A program made the translations under genes and the position numbers. The notes beneath the pieces were generated by a model. The model saw only the letters and a program-made list of their open reading frames with translations. It had not been told where the DNA came from and did not search any database. Positions 1-18,300 of a stretch of DNA of 64,000 nt are shown in pieces. Source of the stretch: Macrostomum lignano (taxonomy: Eukaryota); contig NIVC01001739.1 of assembly GCA_002269645.1 (NCBI GenBank), positions 179,239-243,238 on the forward strand, written 5' to 3'. Position 1 is the stretch's first letter; each line of letters opens with the position of its first letter.

Positions 1-179
1 GAGAAAGTTAGTTTTAAGTCTAAAAAAAATTTACGGTTGGTGAGGGTGTATGGTTAAAGGTTAAGGGTTGTATGTGGGGTTCGGTGCTGAAACAATTAGG
101 TTTAATGTTGAATGGGACTGCTCGACGGTTGGATAAGGATGTCTGGGGATTGGATTAGGGGTGCTCGGGGTTGGATAAA

Positions 180-330
180 GGTGCATGTGGGTTGATAACA
201 TTGCATTTGGGTTGGATAAGGGTGAATGTGGGTTGGATAAGAGTGCATGTGGGTGGATAAGAGTGCATGTGGGTTGGATAAAGGTACATGAGGGTTGGAT
301 AAAGGTACATGAGGGTTGGATAAAGATACC
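180..330. repeat. Degenerate ~21-bp tandem repeat (gtgcatgtgggttggataaag)
   Basis: Repeated gggttggataa core; produces the low-complexity ORF 185-382. Confidence 0.7.
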
Positions 331-512
331 TAAGGGTTCAATTGACGATATGCTACGTTGGATACGGAAAGTTGAGAGTTAAGGTAAGGGAGTAAATGAA
401 GTTTGGTGAGGTTCATTTTTTATCCCAAACTCCATCTCTCCAATAAATTTGTAAACAACTAAAGCTCACTATTTTTGGTAATTTACTACATAAAAAACCT
501 GTATCCAATAAG

Positions 513-3698
<3,186 letters not shown>

Positions 3699-5956
3699 TA
3701 ACTATATTCATTGCTTTCCGAAAATTTTTTATGTATACATGTACGTGTGAACCTATAAAAGCCAGTACACATGTGAATAACATGCAATTTAATCTACTTT
3801 TCGTCATACATTTCTTTATTTGTTGTAACTAATCGTAAATTTAAGTAGTACGAGTACATCATATAATTTTACCTATGTAAAAAGGTTCAATTAAAACACA
3901 TTTTTAGTGTAAGCACAGATACTATAGTTATTATAGTATCTGTGAGTGTAAGTTCTTAAAGCCGATCACGGTTGTCTGAGTAGAGATTCCTTTCTTGAGC
4001 GCCGAAAAAATTCCTAACTTCTCAAATTCATTATTGTAAAATGCATGCATGACCCTGAATACAGTATCTGCATTGATCCACTTCTTAGACTAGTAGAATT
4101 CCTCTTCCATATCCATCACAAATATTATCTGTGGTTTAAGATAGCTAGAAGAGTAGAAGATGAAAGATTGGTTTTTTAGTTCTTTAGATAACGATTTTAG
4201 CGTAGCGCACCGTCGACTCTCGTCATATGCACCCGGCCGAGCCAGAGCAGCTAGTACATTTACCTAATTTTGTCATTTTTAAAGGGAGCTGGACCCTACG
4301 CAAAAAACGACTTCATTTCAAGGGTTGCAGAGAGTTCCAAACGAGCGTATTTTTCAATTAAATCAATGGTAATGAATGCATAAATCATTTCTCTAATGAC
4401 CAGCCAGTGGGATAAAAAATTCGCAGGCCATGATCTAGCTCCCTCCAAGCCGCGAGTTTTTCTACGGCGCTATCTGTTTTCCTCAGCCTCAGCAACTTTA
4501 TATACTGTACCTGCAGTCTGCATGGTAGAGATGAAAAGCGTGCCTGCCTATTTTTTTAGTATAACTGATGTAAGCGCGCACACATGCAAATGCGAAATTC
4601 GTGGCAGAACACAAGCGAGCAGACAATTTTGATGGCAGAGCTACAAGTGCGCAGACAATTTTGATGGCAAAAACAAAAGCGCGCAGAAAATTTTGATTGC
4701 AGAGACAGAAGTGTGGAGACGTTGTATTGTTATAAAGCACTTACAAACTTTTTATTTTCGTTTTTAAAATGCAAATTTTCCGTGAAAACTTTTCCAATAA
4801 TTAGGCGGCAGACGGAATTCCTCTCTTTGAGAAATTGAGCGCAGAGGTCTTTGGCGGGTAAAAGTTAAAAATGCGTTTTTTACTATTCCAGTGTTTTATA
4901 TTTACAACTTATTTCTAATTTTTTATATTTCAAATATGATTAGATTTGACTTTAAAAGATTTTAAAGGCGAGTGAGTTCATTGCAAGCAACTTGCAATTG
5001 CAAGTGACATGTGTGTTTTCTGGGCAGCTAGGCCATATACTGCTATAGGCCGCGAACAAAGTGTATTACGGGTGGTGCGATGACATTGAAATTCAGGAGT
5101 TGTGCCGTGCGGCTAGTTAATTTAAACCCTCAACTTGTCTTTTTTATTGGTGTGGCTTACCTGCTGAATGTTTTTTAAAGTTTAATTCTCGTAAGGGGGG
5201 CGGTGGTCTACTTAAACTTCTTATAACTTTTGACTATCTAATGTCAAATTATAGTTTATTGTACAAGGGGTTCTCCCCTGCTTGTTAATGTTATTTTATG
5301 CTAATACTTGTTCTCCATTTGTTCTGCTGTTTCTGTCTTTGTTGGCAATAAATTTGATTTATGTTCTAAATTATTTTCTTAATATTTCTGGCATTTTTAA
5401 ATAGACAATTCAGCAACCTGCTTCATTTTCCTACTTTGGACTATTACCCCATGTGACTTGTTGACTTATTATTATCTACCATGTTGTATACTACTATTAA
5501 TTTGTCAAACCCGAGAATTTAAGTTAGGCCCCTAAAGATAGAAATAGATGCTAATTTTTAAAATGAGCTTTATTGTACAAGTATTTAATGGCTAGATGCC
5601 TACACCTAATAAAATGGGAGGGGCCAAACTAGGGGGTATAATTTAGTGGTCAGAATATCAGACTTACAACTGAAAAAAGACTGGAAATTAAAGTCTATTT
5701 GGAAAAATTTGTCTTTAAACCAGACAATTAACTTTGTATTACATTAGTTAGACCTAACTTGGCTATAAAATTGGTATTACTAGCATTAGCTAGAAATCTA
5801 TGATAATTGAAGATGTGTATTGCAACCACCAATCCTTGGACTAAATAGCTATGTATAGCCTTCAGATGTATTGCATAAGCACAATGGTAGAGTGCCTATA
5901 GCTAATAGCTGTGGCTAAGTTTTTGGTTGCATATTAGGGCATTTATTATATATTAC

Positions 5957-6005
<49 letters not shown>
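5957..6005. repeat. (TTA)n microsatellite
   Basis: Direct reading. Confidence 0.95.
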
Positions 6006-6009
<4 letters not shown>

Positions 6010-7802
6010 ACTATTATTAATATTAATACCTAGTCCTAGGCCTAATGCTTTTAAATAGCCTAAAATGTTTTGGGATGTTTTAAATTTATTTTAAACCCTA
6101 AACTAATAAGTTAATTGATTTAAGCCTATCTGAATCTAGTAAATGAAACTATGTATTTGTAAAGAGTATGGTTGTAATGTTGTATTTTTCTATGAATATG
6201 CATTTTACCATTATAATTTAGAGCATTCTGGGGTATATTTTTTGAAACAGATTGATAAAAAATAATTTGTTCTTAGGCCTCTATATACACAGCTAGGCCT
6301 ATAGGAATTTTAACTTTTTATAAGTAATATGTTTTTTATTATAATAGTATAATCTAAGAAAGTGTTGCTAAATTTGCTAGAAAAAAACTTTTAGATGTTC
6401 TTTATTAGGCCCTTTATGCCAAGATGAAAAAGGAGGGAAAGAAAATTGAAAATAAGAGAAAAAAGAAGACAGATAAGACAAAACATGGGGTGAGAGAAGA
6501 CATAAAAGATAAGAAAGTTGGCAAAAATCAAAGGTAATTTTTATCTGAAAGCAAACATGTATTGTTTACAACCTATTTTTGATTTTAGTATGCATAATAC
6601 TAATTTAATTTGATTTTATTCATTTTCTACTTTTGAATCGCTGTTACAACCTACTTAAAAAATTCAAACAAAAATAAGTAAAAAATAGACAAATTTTAGC
6701 TATTTCAGTTTTTATACCTTTGCATAACTATTAAAGTCAATGCATAAATTCATATTGAGATATTTTATTGATACCTATGAACTCTCTTAATAACACTTTA
6801 TGCTATCTTTTTGCCAAAACTAATCAGGGAATATCTCGAAAAATGTCTTCTGCCCTAAAACCAAACTTTGGCTTGGATAGAAAAACAAGCAGCACATCTC
6901 CATATCAGTTTTCTGACTTGGCCTCCCTGAATTCTGTGCATAGCAATGCTGCAATTCGCTGGGAAGATTATTTTGATGAGCCAACTGGAACAGCCATTGC
7001 ACCACCCACCTCACTAAGCTACAGATTGTTATCTGATTTTGGCATCAGCCCTGCTATTATTCAACAAATGAAAGTGGAGCTGTTCTACTGCTGTAGCAGT
7101 TGTGATTTTGGCTGTCAGCTATGCTTGAACACTACTAAAAGTAGTGCCAGTCTAGAGCTAACTTCAACAAGAACTGCGACACAAACCTGCTCAGTACGTT
7201 TAAAGAGGCCAGCTGTGATCATTCAACATGGACAGCCCAGGAAGAGCCAACTTGGATAAACTGCCAAGGATATGTATAACCTGCATATTTTACATAGAAT
7301 TGCCTCATACTAAATTTGTAATCAGAGAAACAGTTTTTTAAATGATGATTTTTATCAAGCATATAAGCTGCTATATTACAGACTATTGTGTTAACAAAAC
7401 TCTGTGATAAAAAGATTTTTACAATTGGTTATTATTAATACTGACAATATGCCTCTTCCAATCTGATCATTGTAAAGCAACAACATTTTAAACTGTGAAT
7501 TTTTAAATAAAACAAAACAATATATGCATAAATTAATCTGAAATGCCTTTTCTATCCATTACTACCGGGCAGTTGTAACATTGTCTGCTAATTTGTACAC
7601 AACAAAAATTTCTATTTACATTTATTGGTGTTGATAAAGCTTCAAAATAAATACCAGCTCTAAACAATTTTGGCTACTTTTATTGTTATAATTGTGAAAA
7701 TGTTTTTTTTAATAAAGCTTAAAACATTTATCTCTTCTTTTAAAAGTAGTAGCTAGGATTATAAATTATTTTATGGACTCAAGAGATGAATATTGTATTC
7801 AA

Positions 7803-8377
7803 AGAGAGGCAGAGTCAAGCACTGAGGGAGTCGAGAGGCAGAGTCAAGCACTGAGGGAGTGGAGAGGCAGAGTCAAGCACAAGCACTGAGGGAGTCGAGA
7901 GGCAGAGTCAAGCACTGAGGGAGTGGAGAGGCAGAGTCAAGCACTGAGGGAGTGGAGAGGCAGAGTCAAGCACTGAGGGAGTGGAGAGGCAGAGTCAAGC
8001 ACTGAGGGAGTCGAGAGGCAGAGTCAAGCACTGAGGGAGTGGAGAGGCAGAGTCAAGCACTGAGGGAGTGGAGAGGCAGAGTCAAGCACTGAGGGGGGAG
8101 TGGAGAGGCAGAGTCAAGCACTGAGGGGGGAGTGGAGAGGCAGAGTCAAGCACTGAGGGGGGAGTGGAGAGGCAGAGTCAAGCACTGACTGAGAGTTGAG
8201 TCGAGAGGCAGAGTCAAGCACTGAGGAAGTGGAGAGGCAGAGTCAAGCACTGAGGGGGGAGTGGAGAGGCAGAGTCAAGCACTGAGGGGGGAGTGGAGAG
8301 GCAGAGTCAAGCACTGAGGGGGGAGTGGAGAGGCAGAGTCAAGCACTGAGGGGGGAGTGGAGAGGCAGAGTCAAGCA
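7803..8377. repeat. 27-30 bp minisatellite (gagaggcagagtcaagcactgagggagtg)
   Basis: About 20 tandem units; shares the core GAGTCAAGCACTGAGGGAG with the array at 24737-25660. Confidence 0.95.
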
Positions 8378-8774
8378 CCCAGGAAAGTGGATTTCTATTT
8401 TTCCAGATACAATTGCTCAAATTTCTAAGAAGGAATTCGTGTCATATTTGTGTCTAACGCTCCTAATTATCTTGTCTGTCACTCTATATCTTTCATATTT
8501 CTCTTGATAGAATCTGTCAATAATTTGGTTGCATTTCTGGTACGTCTCATCGGATCCGAAGGATATGGATTTGTCTTAAGTCGCACGCCAGTTAATCTGG
8601 TTAGACTGGCATGGATACACATTCGCACGGTTGCATACTTCGGCAAAACTAATTTAATGGAACCGAAGCAAGAGCGATTCAGGCGTAAAGGGGTGCGACT
8701 AACTCATTCCACTGTAGAATGGTCTTATCGTTTTTGTTAGAATAAATTGTCAAGTTCATTGTTTTCTTGCTATC

Positions 8775-9440
8775 TCCATATCAGCGTGTGCTACCCTCCA
8801 TATTAGTGTGTGTGCTACCCTCCATATCAGTGTGTGTGCTACCCTCCATATCAGTGTGCTATCCTCAATATCAGTTTGTGCTACCCTCCATATCAGTATG
8901 CTATCCTCAATATCAGTTTGTGCTACCCTCCATATCAATGTGTGTGCTACCCTCCATATCAGTGTGTGTGCTACCCTCCATATCAGTGTGTGTGCTACCC
9001 TCCATATCAGTGTGTGTGCTACCCTCCATATCAGTGTGTGTGCTACCCTCCATATCAGTGTGTGCTACCCTCCATATCAGTGTGTGTGCTATACCCTCCG
9101 TGTCAGTGTGTGCTACCCTCCATATCAGTGTGTGCTACCCTCCATTTTAGTGTGTGCTACCCTCCATATCAGTGTGTGCTACCCTCCATTTTAGTGTGTG
9201 CTACCCTCCATATCAGTGTGTGTGCTACCCTCCATATCAGTGTGTGTGCTACCCTCCATATCAGTGTGTGCTACCCTCCATATCAGTGTGTGCTACCCTC
9301 CATATCAGTATGTGTGCTACCCTCCATATCAGTGTGTGTGCTATACCCTCCATATCAGTGTGTGTGCTATACCCTCCATATCAGTGTGTGCTACCCTCCA
9401 TATCAGTGTGTGTGCTACCCTCCATATCAGTGTGTGTGCT
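8775..9440. repeat. 22/24-bp minisatellite (gtgtgctaccctccatatca)
   Basis: Direct reading; gives the CYPPYQCV pseudo-ORFs. Confidence 0.95.
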
Positions 9441-10232
9441 GCGAACCATATATCAGAAAAGCTTTGAGCTTTCACGTTAAGCATCTGAATTTGTCAAGGT
9501 GTGTAGCGTAGCAAAAAATATCCCAAAAAATTCACGCGCTTGTCGGGTGTCTGGTAAAAATGACAAATTCTCCCTCTGAATATTTCAATCAAACGCTGCA
9601 ATTTTTGTATTATGGTGCAGTCTTTATTTATTATTAATAGTTTATATTTCCTATAGGCGACATATCGTGTTGAGCTGCATGCAATAGCATCACGGAAACC
9701 GGAGTAGGATGCTACATTCCTACAATTTACTTTTCTTAGAAATGATTGATTCATAATATTTTGATGCTGCACTTACCGATTAAAAACTGTCAGCTAATTA
9801 AATTTTATAAAGTGAGATCTGACGGCACGCCAGCTTCGTGCCATTCTTTGGCCAAACTGATCTGCGGTAAACTTTAAGCTGACCTGACTGCTTGATTGAG
9901 ACTGATAGATGAATATGAAATCAACTTCATTGATTTCTGCTCTCCTTGCAGTCTTTCCTTTAATTTCCTTTCTAATCGGCCCGTCTCTCACAACAGTGAT
10001 TGGATTCTTTTAAGTAGGCTCCCCCTCACCTTACTGACACTTAATCCGATTCAAATGAGCCTTCAGAGTCGCGGCTCGCCCACGCTGCCTTTGTCGACCA
10101 ACACTCTTTGGGTGGCAACAATAAGAGCAGGTGCGGCCTTGATGACAAGCCTTGAACGGGACGCCACAATCAATCGGCTTGCTGAGGAACTATTTTATTA
10201 ATCAGGAAAAGTACAACTCGACCGGTTAAGCT

Positions 10233-11760
10233 AATCTCCAATCTTGCATTGCGCTACTCTCCAATCTTACATTTCGATAATCTCCAATCTTACATTGCGC
10301 TACTCTCCAATCTTACATTTCGATAATCTCCAATCTTACATTGCGCTACTCTCCAATCTTACATTGCGATAATCTCCAATCTTACATTGCGATAATCTCC
10401 AATCTTGCATTGCGATAATATCCAATCTTGCATTGCGATAATATCCAATCTTGCATTGCGCTGATCTCCAATCTTGCATTGCGCTGATCTTCAACCTTGA
10501 ATTGCGATGAACTCCAATCATGCATTGCGCTGATCTCCAATCTTGCATTGCGATAATCTCCTATCTTGCATTGCGCTGATCTCCAACCTTGCATTGCGAT
10601 GATCTCCAATCTTGCATTGCGCTGATCTCCAATCTTGCATTGCGCTGATCTCCAATCTTGCATTGCGATAATATCCAACCTTGCATTGCGATAATATCCA
10701 ATCTTGCATTGCGCTGATCTCCAATCTTGCATTGCGCTGATCTTCAACCTTGAATTGCGATGATCTCCAATCTTGCATTGCGCTGATCTCCAATCTTGCA
10801 TTGCGCTGATCTCCAATCTTGCATTGCGCTGATCTCCAATCTTGCATTGCGATAATCTCCAATCTTGCATTGCGATAATATCCAACCTTGCATTGCGATA
10901 ATATCCAATCATGCATTGCGCTGATCTCCAATCTTGCATTGCGATAATCTCCAATCTTGCATTGCGCTGATCTCCAATCTTGCATTGCGCTGATCTCCAA
11001 TCTTGCATTGCGATGATCTCCAATCTTGCATTGCGCTAATCTCCAATCTTGCATTGCGCTAATCTCCAATCTTGCTACACATTGCGCTGATCTCCAATCT
11101 TGCATTGCGCTGATCTCCAATCTTGCATTGCGATGATCTCCAACCTTGCATTGCGATTATCTCCAATCTTGCATTGCGCTGATCTCCAATCTTGCATTGC
11201 GATGATCTCCAATCTTGCATTGCGCTAATCTCCAATTTTGCATTGCGCTAATCTCCAATCTTGCTACACATTGCGCTGATCTCCAATCTTGCATTGCGCT
11301 GATCTCCAATCTTGCATTGCGATGATCTCCAACCTTGCATTGCGATTATCTCCAATCTTGCATTGCGCTGATCTCCAATCTTGCATCGCGCTGATCTCCA
11401 ATCTTGCATTGCGCTAATCTCCAATCTTGCATTGCGCTAATCTCCAATCTTGCTACACATTGCGCTGATCTCCAATCTTGCATTGCGCTAATCTCCAATC
11501 TTGCTACACATTGCGCTAATCTCCAATCTTGCTACACATTGCGCTAATCTCCAATCTTGCATTGCGCTAATCTCCAATCTTGCTACACATTGCGCTAATC
11601 TCCAATCTTGCTACACATTGCGCTGATCTCCAATCTTGCATTGCGCTAATCTCCAATCTTGCATTGCGCTAATCTCCAATCTTGCTACGCATTGCGCTAA
11701 TCTCCAATCTTGCATTGCGCTAATCTCCAATCTTGCATTGCGCTTATCTCCAAGCTTGCT
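10233..11760. repeat. 23-bp minisatellite (ctccaatcttgcattgcgctgat)
   Basis: About 65 units; the 23-aa periodicity of the minus-strand ORFs equals 3 units. Confidence 0.97.
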
Positions 11761-12339
11761 ACGCATTGCGCTACGCAGTCTCCAGTTTGCACCGCACCAG
11801 CGACAGCTCGAATCGATTTGCCGGCTTTCAGCCTGCCAACAGTGCGCCATCTCTAAGAGTCTGCTGTGATCTGGCGCAACCATTTTCAGGGCATAAGACA
11901 GAAAAAAATTGAGTACAAGCTTTTGAATCCAATGTTTACCGGGCATAAACCTTCCGCCATCCCCACCAAACACTACTGCACTATCGCGCAAGTTGCGTTA
12001 TTTGGGTCGTTCGCAGTTGCCAGCAGTGTTCACCCGGTGAATCAGCATGACTAAGCCAAAGATGCAAAATCGACTGAAAATCTGAGAAAATTCACGATTG
12101 TATTTTTAGCAGCCTAAAAATAACGATTTCAAAGCGGGGAATAATTTGCATAGGGCGTGGGACAATGACTGTCAGCGTCCCTTGTCAGATTGTGTATCAG
12201 CTGTCTTTAGCTTGTCTCAAAATAGAAAACGATTCAATGGCAACGCAAATAAAAAGGATTCGTCTTTGAATATAACACCTGTTTACACAGCGCATTTCGT
12301 GCACATTTTTTATGATTTGGGACTTTCTTCAAATGCAAT

Positions 12340-15300
12340 GTGGAACACACGACACTGCAAGACACACGGCACTGCAGGACACACGACACTGCAGGACACA
12401 TCGCACTGCAGGACACACGGCACTGCAGGACACATCGCACTGCAGGACACACGGCACACACGGCACTGCAAAACACATCGCACTGCAGGACACACGGCAC
12501 TGCAGGAGACACGGCACTGCAGGACACACGACACTGCAGGACACAGGGCACTGCAGGACACAGGGCACTGCAGGACACAGGGCACTGCAGGACACACGAC
12601 ACTGCAGGACACATCGCACTGCAGGACACACGGCACTGCAGGACACATCGCACTGCAGGACACACGGCACACACGGCACTGCAAGACACACGGCACTGCA
12701 GGACACACGGAACTGCAGGACACACGACACTGCAGGACACACGACACTGCAGGACACACGGCACTGCAGGACACACGGCACTGCAGGACACATCGCACTG
12801 CAGGACACACGGCACACACGGCACTGCAAGACACCCGGCACTGCAGGACACACGGCACTGCAGGACACACGGCACTGCAGGAGACACGGCACTGCAGGAC
12901 ACACGACACTGCAGGACACACGACACTGCAGGACACACGACACTGCAGGACACACGACACTGCAGGACACACGGCACTGCAGGAGACACGGCACTGCAGG
13001 AGACACGGCACTGCAGGACACACGACACTGCAGGACACACGACACTGCAGGACACACGACACTGCAGGACACACGACACTGCAGGACACACGGCACTGCA
13101 GGAGACACGGCACTGCAGGACACACGACACTGCAGGACACACGGCACACACGGCACTGCAGGACACACGGCACTGCAGGACACACGGCACTGCAGGACAC
13201 ACGGCAATGCAGGACACATCGCACTGCAGGGACACACGGCACACACGGCACTGCAGGACACACGGCACTGCAGGACACACGACACTGCAGGACACACGGC
13301 ACTGCAGGACACATCGCACTGCAGGACACACGGCACACACGGCACTGCAAAACACATCGCACTGCAGGACACACGGCACTGCAGGAGACACGGCACTGCA
13401 GGACACACGACACTGCAGGACACAGGGCACTGCAGGACACAGGGCACTGCAGGACACAGGGCACTGCAGGACACATCGCACTGCAGGACACACGGCACAC
13501 ACGGCACTGCAAGACACACGGCACTGCAGGACACACGGCACTGCAGGACACACGGCACTGCAGGACACACGACACTGCAGGACACACGGCACTGCAGGAC
13601 ACAGGGCACTGCAGGACACATCGCACTGCAGGACACACGGCACTGCAGGACACATCGCAGTGCAGGACACACGGCACACACGGCACTGCAGGACACACGG
13701 CACTGCAGGACACACGGCACTGCAGGACACATCGCAGTGCAGGACACACGGCACACACGGCACTGCAGGACACACGAAACTGCAGGACACACGACACTGC
13801 AGGACACACGGCACTGCAGGACACAGGGCACTGCAGGACACACGACACTGCAGGACACACGGCACTGCAGGACACATCGCACTGCAGGACACACGGCACT
13901 GCAGGACACATCGCAGTGCAGGACACACGGCACACACGGCACTGCAGGACACACGGCACTGCAGGACACACGACACTGCAGGACACACGGCACTGCAGGA
14001 CACAGGGCACTGCAGGACACATCGCACTGCAGGACACACGGCACTGCAGGACACATCGCAGTGCAGGACACACGGCACACACGGCACTGCAGGACACACG
14101 ACACTGCAGGACACACGACACTGCAGGACACACGACACTGCAGGACACACGGCACTGCAGGACACAGGGCACTGCAGGACACATCGCACTGCAGGACACA
14201 CGGCACTGCAGGACACATCGCAGTGCAGGACACACGGCACACACGGCACTGCAGGACACACGACACTGCAGGACACACGGCACTGCAGGACACATCGCAG
14301 TGCAGGACACACGGCACACACGGCACTGCAGGACACACGACACTGCAGGACACACGGCACTGCAGGACACACGACACTGCAGGACACACGGCACTGCAGG
14401 ACACACGACACTGCAGGACACACGACACTGCAGGACACACGGCACTGCAGGACACACGGCACTGCAGGACACACGGCACTGCAGGACACACGGCACTGCA
14501 GGACACACGGCACTGCAGGGACACACGGCACTGCAGGACACACGACACTGCAGGACACACGGCACTGCAGGACACACGGCACTGCAGGACACACGACACT
14601 GCAGGACACACGGCACTGCAGGACACACGACACTGCAGGACACACGGCACTGCAGGACACACGGCACTGCAGGAGACACGGCACTGCAGGAGACATCGCA
14701 GTGCAGGACACACGGCACACACGGCACTGCAGGACACATCGCACTGCAGGACACACGACACTGCAGGACACACGGCACTGCAGGAGACACGACACTGCAG
14801 GACACACGACACTGCAGGACACACGGCACTGCAGGACACAGGGCACTGCAGGAGACATCGCAGTGCAGGACACACGGCACACACGGCACTGCAGGACACA
14901 CGGCACTGCAGGAGACACGACACTGCAGGACACACGACACTGCAGGACACACGGCACTGCAGGACACAGGGCACTGCAGGAGACATCGCAGTGCAGGACA
15001 CACGGCACACACGGCACTGCAGGACACACGGCACTGCAGGACACATCGCACTGCAGGACACGACACTGCAGGACACACGGCACTGCAGGACACATCGCAC
15101 TGCAGGACACGACACTGCAGGACACACGGCACTGCAGGACACAGGGCACTGCAGGACACATCGCACTGCAGGACACACGGCACTGCAAGACACACGGCAC
15201 TGCAGGACACACGGCACTGCAGGACACACGGCACTGCAGGAGACACGGCACTGCAGGAGACATCGCAGTGCAGGACACACGGCACACACGGCACTGCAGG

Positions 15301-18300
15301 ACACACGGCACACACGGCACTGCAGGACACACGGCACACACGGCACTGCAGGACACACGGCACTGCAGGACACACGGCACACACGGCACTGCAGGACACA
15401 CGGCACTGCAGGACACACGGCACTGCAGGACACACGGCACTGCAGGACACACGGCACTGCAGGACACACGGCACTGCAGGACACACGGCACTGCAGGACA
15501 CACGGCACACACGGCACTGCAGGACACACGGCACACACGGCACTGCAGGACACACGGCACTGCAGGAAACACGGCACACACGGCACTGCAGGACACACGG
15601 CACTGCAGGACACACGGCACTGCAGGACACACGGCACTGCAGGACACACGGCACTGCAGGACACACGGCACTGCAGGACACACGGCACTGCAGGACACAC
15701 GGCACTGCAGGACACACGGCACTGCAGGACACACGGCACTGCAGGACACACGGCACACACGGCACTGCAGGACACACGGCACACACGGCACTGCAGGACA
15801 CACGGCACACACGGCACTGCAGGACACACGGCACACACGGCACTGCAGGACACAGGGCACTGCAGGACACAGGGCACTGCAGGACACATCGCACTGCAGG
15901 ACACACGGCACACACGGCACTGCAAGACACACGGCACTGCAGGACACACGGCACTGCAGGACACACGGCACTGCAGGACACACGACACTGCAGGACACAC
16001 GGCACTGCAGGACACAGGGCACTGCAGGACACATCGCACTGCAGGACACACGGCACTGCAGGACACATCGCAGTGCAGGACACACGGCACACACGGCACT
16101 GCAGGACACACGGCACTGCAGGACACACGGCACTGCAGGACACATCGCAGTGCAGGACAAACGGCACACACGGCACTGCAGGACACACGAAACTGCAGGA
16201 CACACGGCACTGCAGGACACAGGGCACTGCAGGACACACGACACTGCAGGACACACGGCACTGCAGGACACATCGCACTGCAGGACACACGGCACTGCAG
16301 GACACATCGCAGTGCAGGACACACGGCACACACGGCACTGCAGGACACACGGCACTGCAGGACACACGACACTGCAGGACACACGGCACTGCAGGACACA
16401 GGGCACTGCAGGACACATCGCACTGCAGGACACACGGCACTGCAGGACACATCGCAGTGCAGGACACACGGCACACACGGCACTGCAGGACACACGACAC
16501 TGCAGGACACACGACACTGCAGGACACACGACACTGCAGGACACACGGCACTGCAGGACACAGGGCACTGCAGGACACATCGCACTGCAGGACACACGGC
16601 ACTGCAGGACACATCGCAGTGCAGGACACACGGCACACACGGCACTGCAGGACACACGACACTGCAGGACACACGGCACTGCAGGACACATCGCAGTGCA
16701 GGACACACGGCACACACGGCACTGCAGGACACACGACACTGCAGGACACACGGCACTGCAGGACACACGACACTGCAGGACACACGGCACTGCAGGACAC
16801 ACGACACTGCAGGACACACGACACTGCAGGACACACGGCACTGCAGGACACACGGCACTGCAGGACACACGGCACTGCAGGACACACGGCACTGCAGGAC
16901 ACACGGCACTGCAGGGACACACGGCACACACGGCACTGCAGGACACACGGCACTGCAGGACACACGACACTGCAGGACACACGGCACTGCAGGACACACG
17001 GCACTGCAGGACACACGACACTGCAGGACACACGGCACTGCAGGACACACGACACTGCAGGACACACGGCACTGCAGGACACACGGCACTGCAGGAGACA
17101 CGGCACTGCAGGAGACATCGCAGTGCAGGACACACGGCACACACGGCACTGCAGGACACATCGCACTGCAGGACACACGACACTGCAGGACACACGGCAC
17201 TGCAGGAGACACGACACTGCAGGACACACGACACTGCAGGACACACGGCACTGCAGGACACAGGGCACTGCAGGAGACATCGCAGTGCAGGACACACGGC
17301 ACACACGGCACTGCAGGACACACGGCACTGCAGGACACATCGCACTGCAGGACACGACACTGCAGGACACACGGCACTGCAGGACACATCGCACTGCAGG
17401 ACACGACACTGCAGGACACACGGCACTGCAGGACACAGGGCACTGCAGGACACATCGCACTGCAGGACACACGGCACTGCAAGACACACGGCACTGCAGG
17501 ACACACGGCACTGCAGGACACACGGCACTGCAGGAGACACGGCACTGCAGGAGACATCGCAGTGCAGGACACACGGCACTGCAGGACACACGGCACTGCA
17601 GGACACACGGCACTGCAGGACACACGGCACACACGGCACTGCAGGACACATGGCACACACGGCACTGCAGGACACACGGCACATACGGCACTGCAGGACA
17701 CACGGCACTGCAGGACACACGGCACACACGGCACTGCAGGACACACGGCACTGCAGGACACACGGCACTGCAGGACACACGGCACTGCAGGACACACGGC
17801 ACACACGGCACTGCAGGACACACGGCACACACGGCACTGCAGGACACACGGCACTGCAGGAAACACGGCACACACGGCACTGCAGGACACACGGCACTGC
17901 AGGACACACGGCACTGCAGGACACACGGCACTGCAGGACACACGGCACTGCAGGACACACGGCACTGCAGGACACACGGCACTGCAGGACACACGGCACT
18001 GCAGGACACACGGCACTGCAGGACACACGGCACTGCAGGACACACGGCACTGCAGGACACACGGCACTGCAGGACACACGGCACTGCAGGACACACGGCA
18101 CACACGGCACTGCAGGACACACGGCACACACGGCACTGCAGGACACACGGCACACACGGCACTGCAGGACACACGGCACACACGGCACTGCAGGACACAC
18201 GGCACTGCAGGACACACGGCACACACGGCACTGCAGGACACACGGCACTGCAGGACACACGGCACTGCAGGACACACGGCACACACGGCACTGCAGGACA

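Noticed and set aside
1-400. G/T-rich start as telomeric repeat
   Set aside because: No run of TTAGGG or any other fixed short unit; it is a degenerate 21-bp repeat, probably intronic.
7803-8377. Regular repeats as a CRISPR array (also considered for 24737, 43548 and 58505)
   Set aside because: Units are directly adjacent with no unique spacers, no cas genes, and the context is eukaryotic.
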